A stretch of 64,000 bases of DNA. Origin: Octopus sinensis. Lineage: Eukaryota. The translations under genes and the position numbers were made by a program. The DNA is taken from the NCBI RefSeq assembly GCF_006345805.1, contig NC_042997.1:205406001-205470000 (forward strand), read 5' to 3'. A model generated the notes under the pieces. It did not search any database and was not told the DNA's origin. It worked only from the letters and a program-made list of their open reading frames with translations. Shown here piece by piece: positions 12,066 through 23,235 of this stretch; within the stretch, counting starts at the first letter, position 1, and each line of letters begins with the position of its first letter.

Positions 12066-14897
12066 TTTTCTTTTTTCTAGTTTCAGCTCAGAGCTGCGGC
12101 CATGCTGATGCACCGCCGTTTTGTGCTACACTGTTATTACAACGAACCTCGTCTAATATGTGGCACTTGGTGAAGAATGGAGTTTGATACAGCTACTCTC
12201 ATTTGCACCTCTCGCCGTGAGGTAGGTTCATCTGGGACTCTTGACAGGAAGATGTCCAGCTTTGATTTAAAAACCGCTACATCTACTTTGTGCAAGTTCC
12301 TCAGACTCTTTGGGAGAATATTAAAAAGCTGTGAGCCCTTGAAACCCAGGTTGTTGCAGAAGCTGGTCCTGAAGCGTGATGGCATTGCTGGGATCTTTGG
12401 CACTATGCAGTGTCATCCCATTCTGGCATTGGTGTAGGTTTCAATGCCAAAATTTGGCACAATTCCTTCCAGGATCTTCCAGACATATATTACTGCATAC
12501 CTCTCCCGTCTTCTCTCCAGGGAGTAGAGTCTTAGCTGTTTCAACCTTTCCCAGTAGCTGAGCTGTTGCAAAGAGACGATCTTCTTTGTGAATCTTCTCT
12601 GGATTGCTTCAAGGTCCGCTGTTAATTTTACACTGGTGGGTGACCATAGCTGTGAGCAGTAATCCAGGCGACTGAGGACGAATGTCCGCCAGAGGACCAT
12701 CATGGTTTCCTTATCTCAGGTTCTGAATGTTCTTAGGATCCATCCAGCCAGTCGTCTGCACTTTGTCGCCATCCTTGTAATGTGCACTTGGAAAGAGGTA
12801 TCATCACTCATGTCGATACCCAGGTCCCTCACAGACTTAGGCTCTGGGATTGAAATTCCCTGTGGACCGGTGTATCCTGTAAGTTGAATATTCAGTTTTG
12901 GATGCTGGTAGTGCAGGGCCTGGAATTTTTCAGCATTAAACTGCATATTATTATCCTCAGCCCATCTGTAGATTGAGTCCAACTCCTGCTGCAGGTGTGC
13001 AACATCGCTGGGGTTCTGTATTTTCTGTGAGACTTTCGTATCATCTGCATAGCTGGCCAGAGTGGCTATCGACATTTGAGGGCATATCTGAGAGGACCAC
13101 TATAAAAAGCAGTGGTCCCAAGACAGTGCCCTGTGGAACACTGCTCACTGTTTGTGTGTTCATATAGGTGGATCCATTAACCACTACTGCCTGACTCCTA
13201 TCTTTCAGGAAGTCATGCAACCACACTCCAAGTTTTCCAGCTATGCCAAGGTCACGTAGTTTGTGGCATATCATACCATGATCCTCCTTGTCAAAAGCTT
13301 TTGCAAAATCAAGGTAGATTACGTCCACATTTGATTTGTTGAGTTACTGCCTCAACACCCAGTCATAATGCTGTAAGAGCTGGGTCAGGCAGCTCCTACC
13401 TGGTCGAAAACCATGCTGGGTATCACTCAGCAAGTTATTTTCCTCAAGGAATGCGATTAGTTTCTTTCTGACTATCCTTTCCATGACTTTGCTGATGTGT
13501 GAAGTCAGAGAGATAGGCCTATAGTTTTTGGCATCTGCTCTACTTCCCCCTTTATGTATTGGGCATATTATTCCCTCCTTCAGCTTGCTTGACAGTTTGC
13601 CATTCGCAAGAAAGCTCTGGAAGAGAATCTTGAGGGGTTTTGCCAGGGCATGCTTACACGCTTTGAGGAGGATGGCTGGGAAACCATCTGGACCAGCAGC
13701 TGAGTTTGTGTCAACTTCATTTATGGCTAGTAGGACATCTTTTTTGCTAATGTCAATACATTCTATTGTAACTGCCTCACTGGTTATAGGCGAGGCGGCA
13801 AAGAAGTCCACTGGTTCGTTCACTTGTCTGTGTTCCAACGGGGTGGTAAAGACACTTTTGAACTGGTCATTCAGCATCTCACTGATCATAGTTGGACTGT
13901 CTGTGAGGGAGCCATCCTTTTGGAGGAAGGGTCCTATCTTGTAGTGCACTGAGACTGTTTCTTTCGCGTAATGAAAGAAGGCCTTTGGGTTTGATTTAAT
14001 GTTTTTTATAACCTAGGCTTCTTTGTCTGCTTTCTCCTTCACATAGGATTGTTGCAGCCTTTTTTCGATCTCCATCAGTGTTGTTTTTAGGCGGGACGTT
14101 TCGCTACTTTTGGGATGTTGGTTGAGACGATTTGCAACCTTCGTCCGTCGTCTCATGAGGATCTTCCTGTCTCTTGGAATCTTGCTCCTATTTGTTTTGG
14201 CCTTGTGCTCTGGGACATATATCTGGCATACGGCTTGCACAGAAGACATGAAACATTCTAGTTTCATGTCAATGTCTGGTGTGGAGAGACATTCCGGCCA
14301 GTCCTCTCTGAGGATCTCTTTTGGGATCGATTTCCAATCTGCTTTGTGGAAGTTCAGATTGGAGAGATTTCGGGTGCTTCCTTTAGGCTGTATGTCTCTG
14401 GTTACTTTTGGCCAGATCATGTTGTGATCCGAAACTGATGTCGGTGTCACTTTCACATCATGAATGATGTCCATATTGTTCGTGAAGCAGAGATCCAGAA
14501 TGTTATTCGCCCTAGTTGGCTTGAGTACAACTTGCTCCATGAATAAAGCATTGGTGAGGTTGAGCAGTGACTCCACATGTACTTGCTTGCAATGATTCAT
14601 TCCTGAGAGTATGTGACCTTCGGGCCATTTGACGTTGGGAAAGTTGAAATCACCCATAAGGAATATGGTCACGTGGTGTTCCAGATTCATGAGGATTTCT
14701 TTAATTCTTGTGAGGCAATCTTCAAACTTGCCTATGTGATTTGGGGCATCCGGTGGGCAATATGTATTGCATATGACTATATTATGTTGTTTTATGTATA
14801 CAATTAAGGTGTCACATACCGAATTTGAGTATGTCATCAAGACCTGGAGTATGAGGTCATCTCGGATGTATACAGCAACTCACCATGGCTCCTTTCC
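12066..14897 (-). mobile_element. CR1-group LINE family B, 5'-truncated and frameshifted (older copy)
   Basis: APE 14013..14840; RT 13344..13949 (YRPISLTSH, QHGFRPGRS), 13041..13328 (YLDFAKAFD, VPQGTVLGP), 12716..13075 (YADDTK); C-terminus RLDYCSQLWSP, LERRRERY. Confidence 0.92.
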
Positions 14898-14928
14898 CTA
14901 TATATATATATGTATGTATATATATATA

Positions 14929-14986
<58 letters not shown>

Positions 14987-15087
14987 GTATATAGTATATA
15001 TATGTGTATGTATATATGTATGTATATGTATGTATATATATATATATATATGTATGTTATATATATGTATGTATATATATATGTATA

Positions 15088-15119
<32 letters not shown>

Positions 15120-15343
15120 CACACATATATATATACATATATATATATACATATATATACATATATATATATATACATATATATATACATATATATATAT
15201 ACATATATATACATATATATGTACCTATATATCATCGTCGTTTAACGTCCGTTCTCCATGCTAGCATGGGTTGGACATATACATATATATGTATCTATAT
15301 ATATACATATATATGTATCTACATATATACATATATATGTATC

Positions 15344-15375
<32 letters not shown>

Positions 15376-15481
15376 TATATATGTATCTATATATATACAT
15401 ATATATATATAATATATATATATATACAATATATATATATATATATACACACACGCATATATATATACATATATATGTATC

Positions 15482-15514
<33 letters not shown>

Positions 15515-15516
15515 GT

Positions 15517-15558
<42 letters not shown>
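14898..15558. repeat. (TA)n-type microsatellite with a short RTE-X tail remnant at 15232-15276
   Basis: Direct inspection; catcgtcgtttaacgtccgttctccatgctagcatgggttgga matches the RTE tail. Confidence 0.9.
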
Positions 15559-16616
15559 GTTCCTTGGTTTGTGTCTATGTTTTTCGTCTCTCTATGTGTT
15601 CGACGTCTTTTTGGTGTCCTGTACACATATATGCATGTATATGTACATGTAGAGGTAGGTACGTACATATATGTTTATATATATGCATATGTTCTATTTT
15701 ATTAACATATTATACGACTAAACGCACGCACCCTATTAAGTAAGATTGTTCTGTTTATCAAGTTAGCCTTGATATTAACTCTCACGCGACTCTGCATCTT
15801 TCTTTCTTTCTATCCCATTCCCTTTTTCGTCTTTTTTCCCTCACTTAACTTGTCTCTTCCTCTCTCTCTCATTCTTCATTCTCTCTCTCCCCTCACCATT
15901 CTTCATGGTCTCCTCGCACCATTCCCCTTCTTCTCTCTCTTCCTCTTGCTCCTCCTCCCCCATTCCCGTCGTCCATCTGCGACGATACTTCCGTCGTAAC
16001 TGCTATCCTGTCTTTTCTCGCCCGCCTTCTAAGGCTACTGGTCGACATTCCTTCTCTCTCGTCGTCCACTATAATCCAGCGTTTGCAATACTTTTTTCGT
16101 CTGGCGTAAACAGCCCTTCTTATCTTGTTCTCCTTGTCCTGTCTCTCACTGTTATATATTTATTTTTCCACTGTGTCCTGTCTCTCACTGTTATCTATTT
16201 ATTTTTCCACTGTTTATATATATTTTTTTACTGTTTATATGTTTGTACCGTCGTTACCGTCTTGCTTTTTTTTACCATTTTTTACCCCTCTGCGAAAAGA
16301 TCTCAGAATTTTAATTGATTTGCTTTTCGCAGGAAGGAAGTTTCTTCGAAGATACGTCTCGCTTTTATCCTTCGAAACGTAGAGTAGATGAAACCTTAGC
16401 GACTGAAGAAGGGGATTTTTCGTTGTGCTTATTGTCCTGTATCCCTTTTTTTTTTGCTTGTCCTGTTCCTTGGTTTGTGTCTATGTTTTTCGTCTCTCTA
16501 TGTGTTCGACGTCTTTTTGGTGTCCTGTACACATATATGCGTGTATATGTACATGTAGAGGTAGGTACGTACATATATGTTTATATATATGCATATGTTC
16601 TATTTTATTAACATAT
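15559..16616. repeat. Unclassified element bounded by 152-bp direct repeats (possibly Penelope pseudo-LTR-like)
   Basis: 15559-15710 and 16465-16616 are near identical (gttccttggtttgtgtctatg...ttaacatat). No coding motif was found between them, so the class is inferred only. Confidence 0.45.
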
Positions 16617-16659
16617 ATATATATATATACACACATATATATGTATCTCTATATATATA

Positions 16660-19600
16660 CCGACTTACCTAGAAGAAATGAAGGCCGACCTAAGCCAGGA
16701 GATCCAACGAGCTATCAGCAACTACCTATGCAAATCACAAGGACCACACACCCACTACCAACAAGAAAATCATACACACACAGCTCCATAAAGAACTACC
16801 CACATTGTTTCCACTGAACAACATAAAACGTGACTTAGAACAATGCAAACATCAAACTTCCCTTACCTCGACATTCCTGTTAAATGTACGTGGCATCAAC
16901 CCATCAATTATTGCCCAAAAATGGAAGATCCCATACATAGAGAGTTGGCTTCCCGAAACGGCACATTGCTTCCCTTTCTTTATCCTTACCGAGACTCACC
17001 TGAACAACACCCATATAGACGCCGAGGTGAAAATAAAAGATTTCACCATTGTTCGTGCGGATCGCACAAACCGAAATAAGGGAGGGACAGCCATCTTTAT
17101 CCATGACTCCTTTTCACTTGATGCCAAGGACATATTTTCCAATGGCTACTGTGAATCGGTATCACTATTCAGCAAGGCCAAGGACATAATCATTGTTGGT
17201 CTTTACAGGCCTCCCCAAGCACCTCTAAAGTGCTTTGAAGAGTGCCTTAGCAAAGTCAAGTCCTTCCTTCGGAAGTACCACTCCGGAAACATACTAGTGA
17301 TGGGTGATTTTACCCTCCCTCATGTGAACTGGCCCACAAATACTCTGAAGTTAGGCAAGTGCTCTTAGCTTCGTTCACAGTATTTCAGTTGAAAAAACTC
17401 TCCTCTCAGACCACGACATGGTACTCCGACATATAAAAACCAAACCAGCCAATCCCACTCCATGGCACCCATTTGACAACATAAACTTCCACAAAGCGGA
17501 CTGGGGAGCAATCAGAAAGGATCTGTCTTTCATCGACTGGTCTTTTACTCTCAATTCCACCCATATTGAGACCGCATGGCAGCACTTTGAAAACATTGTC
17601 ACCTATACATGCTCTAAACACGCTCCCACAAACAGAAACCGGCTCCCTAAAAAGAAAAAAAAACACTCATCAAGCGCATCAAAAGACTCAACAAAAAAAT
17701 CAACCAATTAAAATATTCCCACACACAACATCCACATCCAACAACAATGAAAATACTAGAGCTGGAAAAACTTCATCTGCAGACTAACATGAAAACCTCC
17801 ATTGAAAATCAAAGAGCTGTGGAGGAACAGTGGGTAATCAAAAACATCAAACAGAACCCAAAAGTGTTCTATTCTTATGCAAATAAGCATAGAACCACTG
17901 TCTCACCCATTGGGCCATTGATTGATGATAACGGCATTCCCCAACATGATGCTAAAGAAATGGCAGAAATACTGCAGAAACAATACTGCTCTGTGTTTAG
18001 TGTTCCCACTGATATTGATGTAAGAGAAACGAACGAAGTTGACTCCCAACATAAAATCTCAGACATAACCTTCACTGCCACTGACATCACAGCAGCAATA
18101 AATGAGGTCAAATATTACTCTGCTGTAGGCCCTGATAGCTTCCCCGCCAGTCTCCTGAAGGAATGTAGTCACCAACTTGCAGTCCCTCTGACCAACCTCT
18201 GGAGAAATTCGTTAGATGCAGGTTATATACCGAAACAGTTTCTATCCCAGTCAGTCAACCCGGTTTTCAAACAGGGAAACAGATCCCTCGCACTCAACTA
18301 TCGCCCAATCTCATTCACCTCCCACATCATCAAAGCGTTTGAAAGAGTGTTAAGATCAAGGATGGCTGACTTCCTGGAGACCCAGAAACTCCTAAATGCA
18401 AATCAGCATGGCTTTCGCTGTGGCAGGGACTTTCTAACACAGCTCTTACACCACATTGAAGATGTACTCAAAGCCTTGGGAACAGGTTCGAACTCTGACG
18501 TCATATATCTTGACTTCAGTAAAGCATTCGACAGGGTAGACCATAATATCCTACTCTCAAAATTGGCAAATGTTGGAATCCGTGGAAAAGTTCTACACTG
18601 GATTAAGTATTTCCTGGCGAATAGAACACATGTTGTAGTTGATGGAGTCCACTCAAGCCCAGCAAAAGTCACCAGCGGTGTCCCCCAGGGGACTGTCTTG
18701 GGTCCGCTACTCTTCATAATTTACATAAACGACCTTTCCAATGTCGTACATTACTGCAAAGTGAAAATATTTGCTGATGACACTAAGCTCCAGCAAATCG
18801 TCAATGAAGAAGCAGACCGAACTCAACTCCAGTCTGATCTATATGCTGTGAGTCAATGGGCAGACAGAAACAAAATGCAACTGAACGAGGGAAAATTTGA
18901 GCTGAAGCATTTTGGAAGCACAGCCTCTAACAATATCAGAGACCTGGGTGTAATTGTTGATGACGATCTCAGTTGGAGTGCACACATCAACAAGAAGGTC
19001 GATATAGCTCGTAGGATGAGTTCCTGGATCTTAAGAAATTTCCGGTCCAGAGAACAAGGTGTCATCATACCACTTTTCTCCTCCTTTGTACGGCCACACC
19101 TCGAATACTGTCTCCCCATACAAGACAAAACATCTCAAGGATTGAGTCACCCCAGAGGGCACTCACTAAACGAATTGAAGGCATGGCTGCTCTCGATTAT
19201 TGGGACCGCCTTAAAGCCTTGAAACTCTACTCTCTCCAGTGTCGCCGTGAGCGGTACATCATTTGTACGATGTGGAGAATATACCGCCAACTTTTTCCAA
19301 ACGACCTGAACATTAGCTTCAAGGTTCATCCAAGACTGGGACCTCGGGCCATACATCCCCTGCTCAATTCAAGATCACAGCATATATGTACACTGCAACA
19401 TAATTTCTGTTCCTCAACAGGCCCTGCCCTATTTAACATTGTCCCGAAAGAGATCAAAGAGGAAAAGGATCCCATCAACTTTAAACGGAGTGTGGATAGA
19501 TTCCTTCAAAGAACACCAGATAAGCCACCCATAATTGGATACAACTCACCCAACAAGAACTCACTACTTGAATGGATCATAAACAAAACTTGACTTAAAC

Positions 19601-19690
19601 AGGATTCGAATAATCCTATCAGGTGGTGCTATTAAGTTAGACATGGCCTGGACCAATCTTTGGTCGAAACATATCTAAGTTTATCTAAGT
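16660..19690 (+). mobile_element. CR1-group LINE family A, ORF2 region with frameshifts and intact 3' tail
   Basis: APE 16805..17368 (LLNVRG, LTETHL, GGTAIF, YRPP, MGDF); RT 17747..19222 (YRPISFTS, YLDFSKAFD, GVPQGTVLGP, FADDTK, RPHLEY); C-terminus 19183..19593; tail atctaagttt repeated. Confidence 0.92.
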
Positions 19691-19716
19691 TTATATATAT
19701 ATATATATATATACAC

Positions 19717-19761
<45 letters not shown>

Positions 19762-20005
19762 CATATATATGTATATATATATACATATATATGTATATAT
19801 ATATACATATATATACATATATATGTATATATATATACATATATATGTATATATATATACATATATATGTATATATATACATATATATATATATGTATAT
19901 ATATATACATATATATGTATATATACATATATATATATATTATATATTACATATATATATGTATGTATATATATATATCACATATATGTATATATATATA
20001 TACAC
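19691..20005. repeat. (TA)n/(CA)n microsatellite
   Basis: Direct inspection. Confidence 0.95.
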
Positions 20006-20279
20006 ATGGCGTTGATTCGTAACCCTAATCCCGTTTCTCTACTATCTATTTCGCCATCTTGTAAACATGGCTTCCTGTCTGTCTTAAGATCATGCATATT
20101 CAATTCCTCCTTTAATTTCAGGGTCATCCCGTTATTGTTCCATTCCCCAGAATTCCTTACAAAATATTCTCTCTCTCTCTTATTTATATTATGTTTTACT
20201 CGATTCCCGAAGTTTCTAGATGTTCAGTAATTTCTGTTGCAGAAAATTCCCTACGAATTATCTTCAACCATGTTGTTCC

Positions 20280-20280
<1 letters not shown>

Positions 20281-20328
<48 letters not shown>

Positions 20329-20366
20329 CATCATTATTATTATTAATATTATTATCATTATCATTG

Positions 20367-20430
<64 letters not shown>
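20281..20430. repeat. (ATT)n microsatellite
   Basis: Direct inspection; it accounts for the poly-Leu and poly-Ile ORFs. Confidence 0.95.
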
Positions 20431-20454
20431 CTGCTGAATAAAGAAAATAAATAG

Positions 20455-22740
20455 GATAAAGAGAGTCTGCCGAATGTCAACTCAACAGAGGGACCAGCCA
20501 TCCAAGTTGACAATTCTTTGGTAGTTAAAGCAATTAGAAGCATGAAGACACGGAAAGCCCCAGGCCCATCAGGAATTACTGCAGAGATGCTCAAAATATC
20601 TGGCAGTGTCGGCTATAACCTAGTCACCCATATAGTTAACCAGGTGATACATGAAGGAGTCATACCCAATGACTGGGGTAGCAGCGTACTAGTCAACTGC
20701 TACACAGGTAAAGGAGACGCCCTAGATACAAATAATTACAGAGGTATTAAGCTGTTGGATCAGGTAATGAAGGTTACAGAGAGGGTCATAGTCCAACTGA
20801 TTAGGGAGAGAGTCAATTTGGATGAGATGCAGTTTGGTTTCATGCCAGGGAAAAGCACCACTGATGCCATATTTCTGGTGAGACAGCTGCAGGAGAAATA
20901 CCTAGCCAAAGATAAGCCCCTGTACCTGGTTTTCGTTGACATGGAGAAAGCCTTTGACAGGGTCCCCCGATCCCTTATCTGGTGGTCAATGAGGAAACTA
21001 GGGATAGATGAATGGCTGGTGAGGGCTGTGCAAGCCATGTACAGGGATGCCGTAAGTAAGGTAAGGGTTGGCAACATGTACACAGAAGAATTCAAAGTAG
21101 AGGTTGGGGTCCACCAGGGTTCAGTCCTCAGCCCACTCCTATTTATCATAGTCCTCCAAGCAATTATGGAGGAATTCAAGACAGGTTGCCCCTGGGAGCT
21201 CCTATATGCTGACGACCTTGCTCTAATTGCTGAGTCACTGTCAGAACTGGAGGAGAAGTTCCGGGTGTGAAGGAGGGTCTAGAATCGAAGGGCCTTAGAG
21301 TCAACCTAGCTAAAACCAAAGTACTAATAAGTAGGAAGGTGACACATCCACAAATGTCTTCAGGAAGATGGCCCTGCTCGATCTGTAGAAAAGGTGTAGG
21401 TAGAAACTCTATAAGATGCACCCAGTGTAAGCTATGGACACATAAGAGGTGCAGCAATGTCAAAGGAAGGCTAACTGGGAAGATAGTTTTTGTATGTGGC
21501 AGATGCTCAGGAGCAATAATCTCTGAAAATCTGCAGAAAACAACTTCCGTCACTTTCCAGGGGGAAAAACTAGAAGTAGTTGATAGCTTCCGTTATCTAG
21601 GTGACCAAGTCAGTAGTGGGGGTGGGTGCATTGAAAGTGTAACTGCTAGAGTAAGAATAGCCTGGGCAAAGTTTAGGGAGCTCTTACCTCTGCTGGTGAC
21701 TAAAGGCCTCTCGCTCAGAGTAAAAGGCAGACTGTATGATGCATGTGTACGAACAGCTATGCTACATGGCAGTGAAACATGGGCCGTGACTGCTGAGGAC
21801 ATGCGTAAGCTCGCGAGGAATGAAGCCAGTATGCTCCGATGGATGTGTAATGCCAGTGTTCATACTCGACAGAGCGTTAGTACTCTGAGAGAAATTTTGG
21901 ACCTAAGAAGCATCAGTTGTGGTGTGCAAGAGAGACGATTGCGCTGGTATGGTCATGTGGCGAGAATGGATGAAGAAAGGTGTGTGAAAAAGTGCCAATC
22001 CCTAGCAGTTGAGGGAACCCATGGAAGAGGTAGAACCAGGAAAACCTGGGACGAGGTGGTGAAGCACGACCTTCGAACTTTAGGCCTCACTGAGGAAATG
22101 ACCAGCGACCGAGACCTTTGGAAATATGCTGTGCATGAGAAGACCAGGCAGGACAAGTGAGTCTAGCCCACTTATGCATGCCTCCCCCCCTTGGACACAC
22201 AAAGACCTGTTGAGGCAAGCGAAGTCGATATTGAACTTCATCCGACGACAGGCACCTATGGCAACCCCCCTTGCTTGCGATGACCTGTTGGGGCAAGTGA
22301 AATCGAAATCGAAATTGAACCAATCCTATGACTAGCACCTGGCAGATGCCAGGGCCCTGGGACAGGAGGTACGTAAAAAGCACTATCCGAATTGTGGCCG
22401 ATGCCAGCGCCGCCTCGACTGGCTTCCGTGTCGGTGGCATGTAAAAAGCACCATCCGAATCGTAGCCGAAGCCAGTGCCGCCTTGACTGGCTTCCATAAA
22501 ATGCACCAATCCGACCGTGGCCGATGCCAGCCTCGCCTGGCACCAGTGCAGGTGGCACGTAAAAAGCACCCACTACACTCACGGAGTGGTTGGCGTTAGG
22601 AAGGGCATCCAGCTGTAGAAACTTTGCCAGATTAGACCAGAGCCTGGTGCAGCTTTCTGGCTTCCCAGATCCCCTGTCGAACCGTCCAACCCATGCTAGC
22701 ATGGAGAACGGACGTTAAACGATGATGATGATGATGATGA
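20455..22740 (+). mobile_element. RTE-X-like LINE, 5'-truncated: RT, PHD-like finger, C-terminus, 3' UTR and (GAT)n tail
   Basis: 20518..21270 (YRGIKLL, QFGFMPG, FVDMEKAFD, GVHQGSVLSP, LYADDL) and 21267..22160 (YLG, RLRWYGH, RGRTRKTW), separated by a single 1-nt frameshift at ~21268; tail ggacgttaaacgatgatg. Confidence 0.93.
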
Positions 22741-22763
22741 TATATATATATATAATATATAAT

Positions 22764-22974
22764 ATACAAAATGAGAAAATGGAGAAATATATCTAAATCA
22801 TTCATCAACTATCAGATAATACCGAATCATATACTTTATTAAAACACAACACAATAGCAATGAGATTAGACATTCTCATTGCTATTGTGTAGTTTTCAAT
22901 AAAGTATATGATTCGGTATTATCTGATAGTTGATGATTGATTTAGATATATTTCTCCATTTTCTCATTTTGTAT
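22764..22974. repeat. Near-perfect 211-bp palindrome (about 100-bp arms, 8-nt loop)
   Basis: atacaaaatgagaaaatggagaaatatatctaaatc...caatgaga / ttagacat / tctcattg...gatttagatatatttctccattttctcattttgtat. Confidence 0.9.
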
Positions 22975-23157
22975 TATTTATTTACGGTAAAAATAATTTT
23001 ACCTTTGCCCACCTAATACAGTAAATGAATTAATGCATCGCAATTTTTAACATTTATGTTAGCTTTGTTGGGTACTTCTCTAGCAGTATATTGGATATAT
23101 GTCATCCCATGGAGGGTTGAATTACAACCCCTACCTACCTCATTTTATATATATATA

Positions 23158-23192
<35 letters not shown>

Positions 23193-23235
23193 TATATATA
23201 TATATATATATACATATACACATATATATGTGTAT

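Noticed and set aside
17747-19222. 491-aa RT ORF as an active retrotransposon or host gene
   Set aside because: The APE and C-terminus are in different frames and the RT shows internal deletions, so it is treated as a dead LINE copy.
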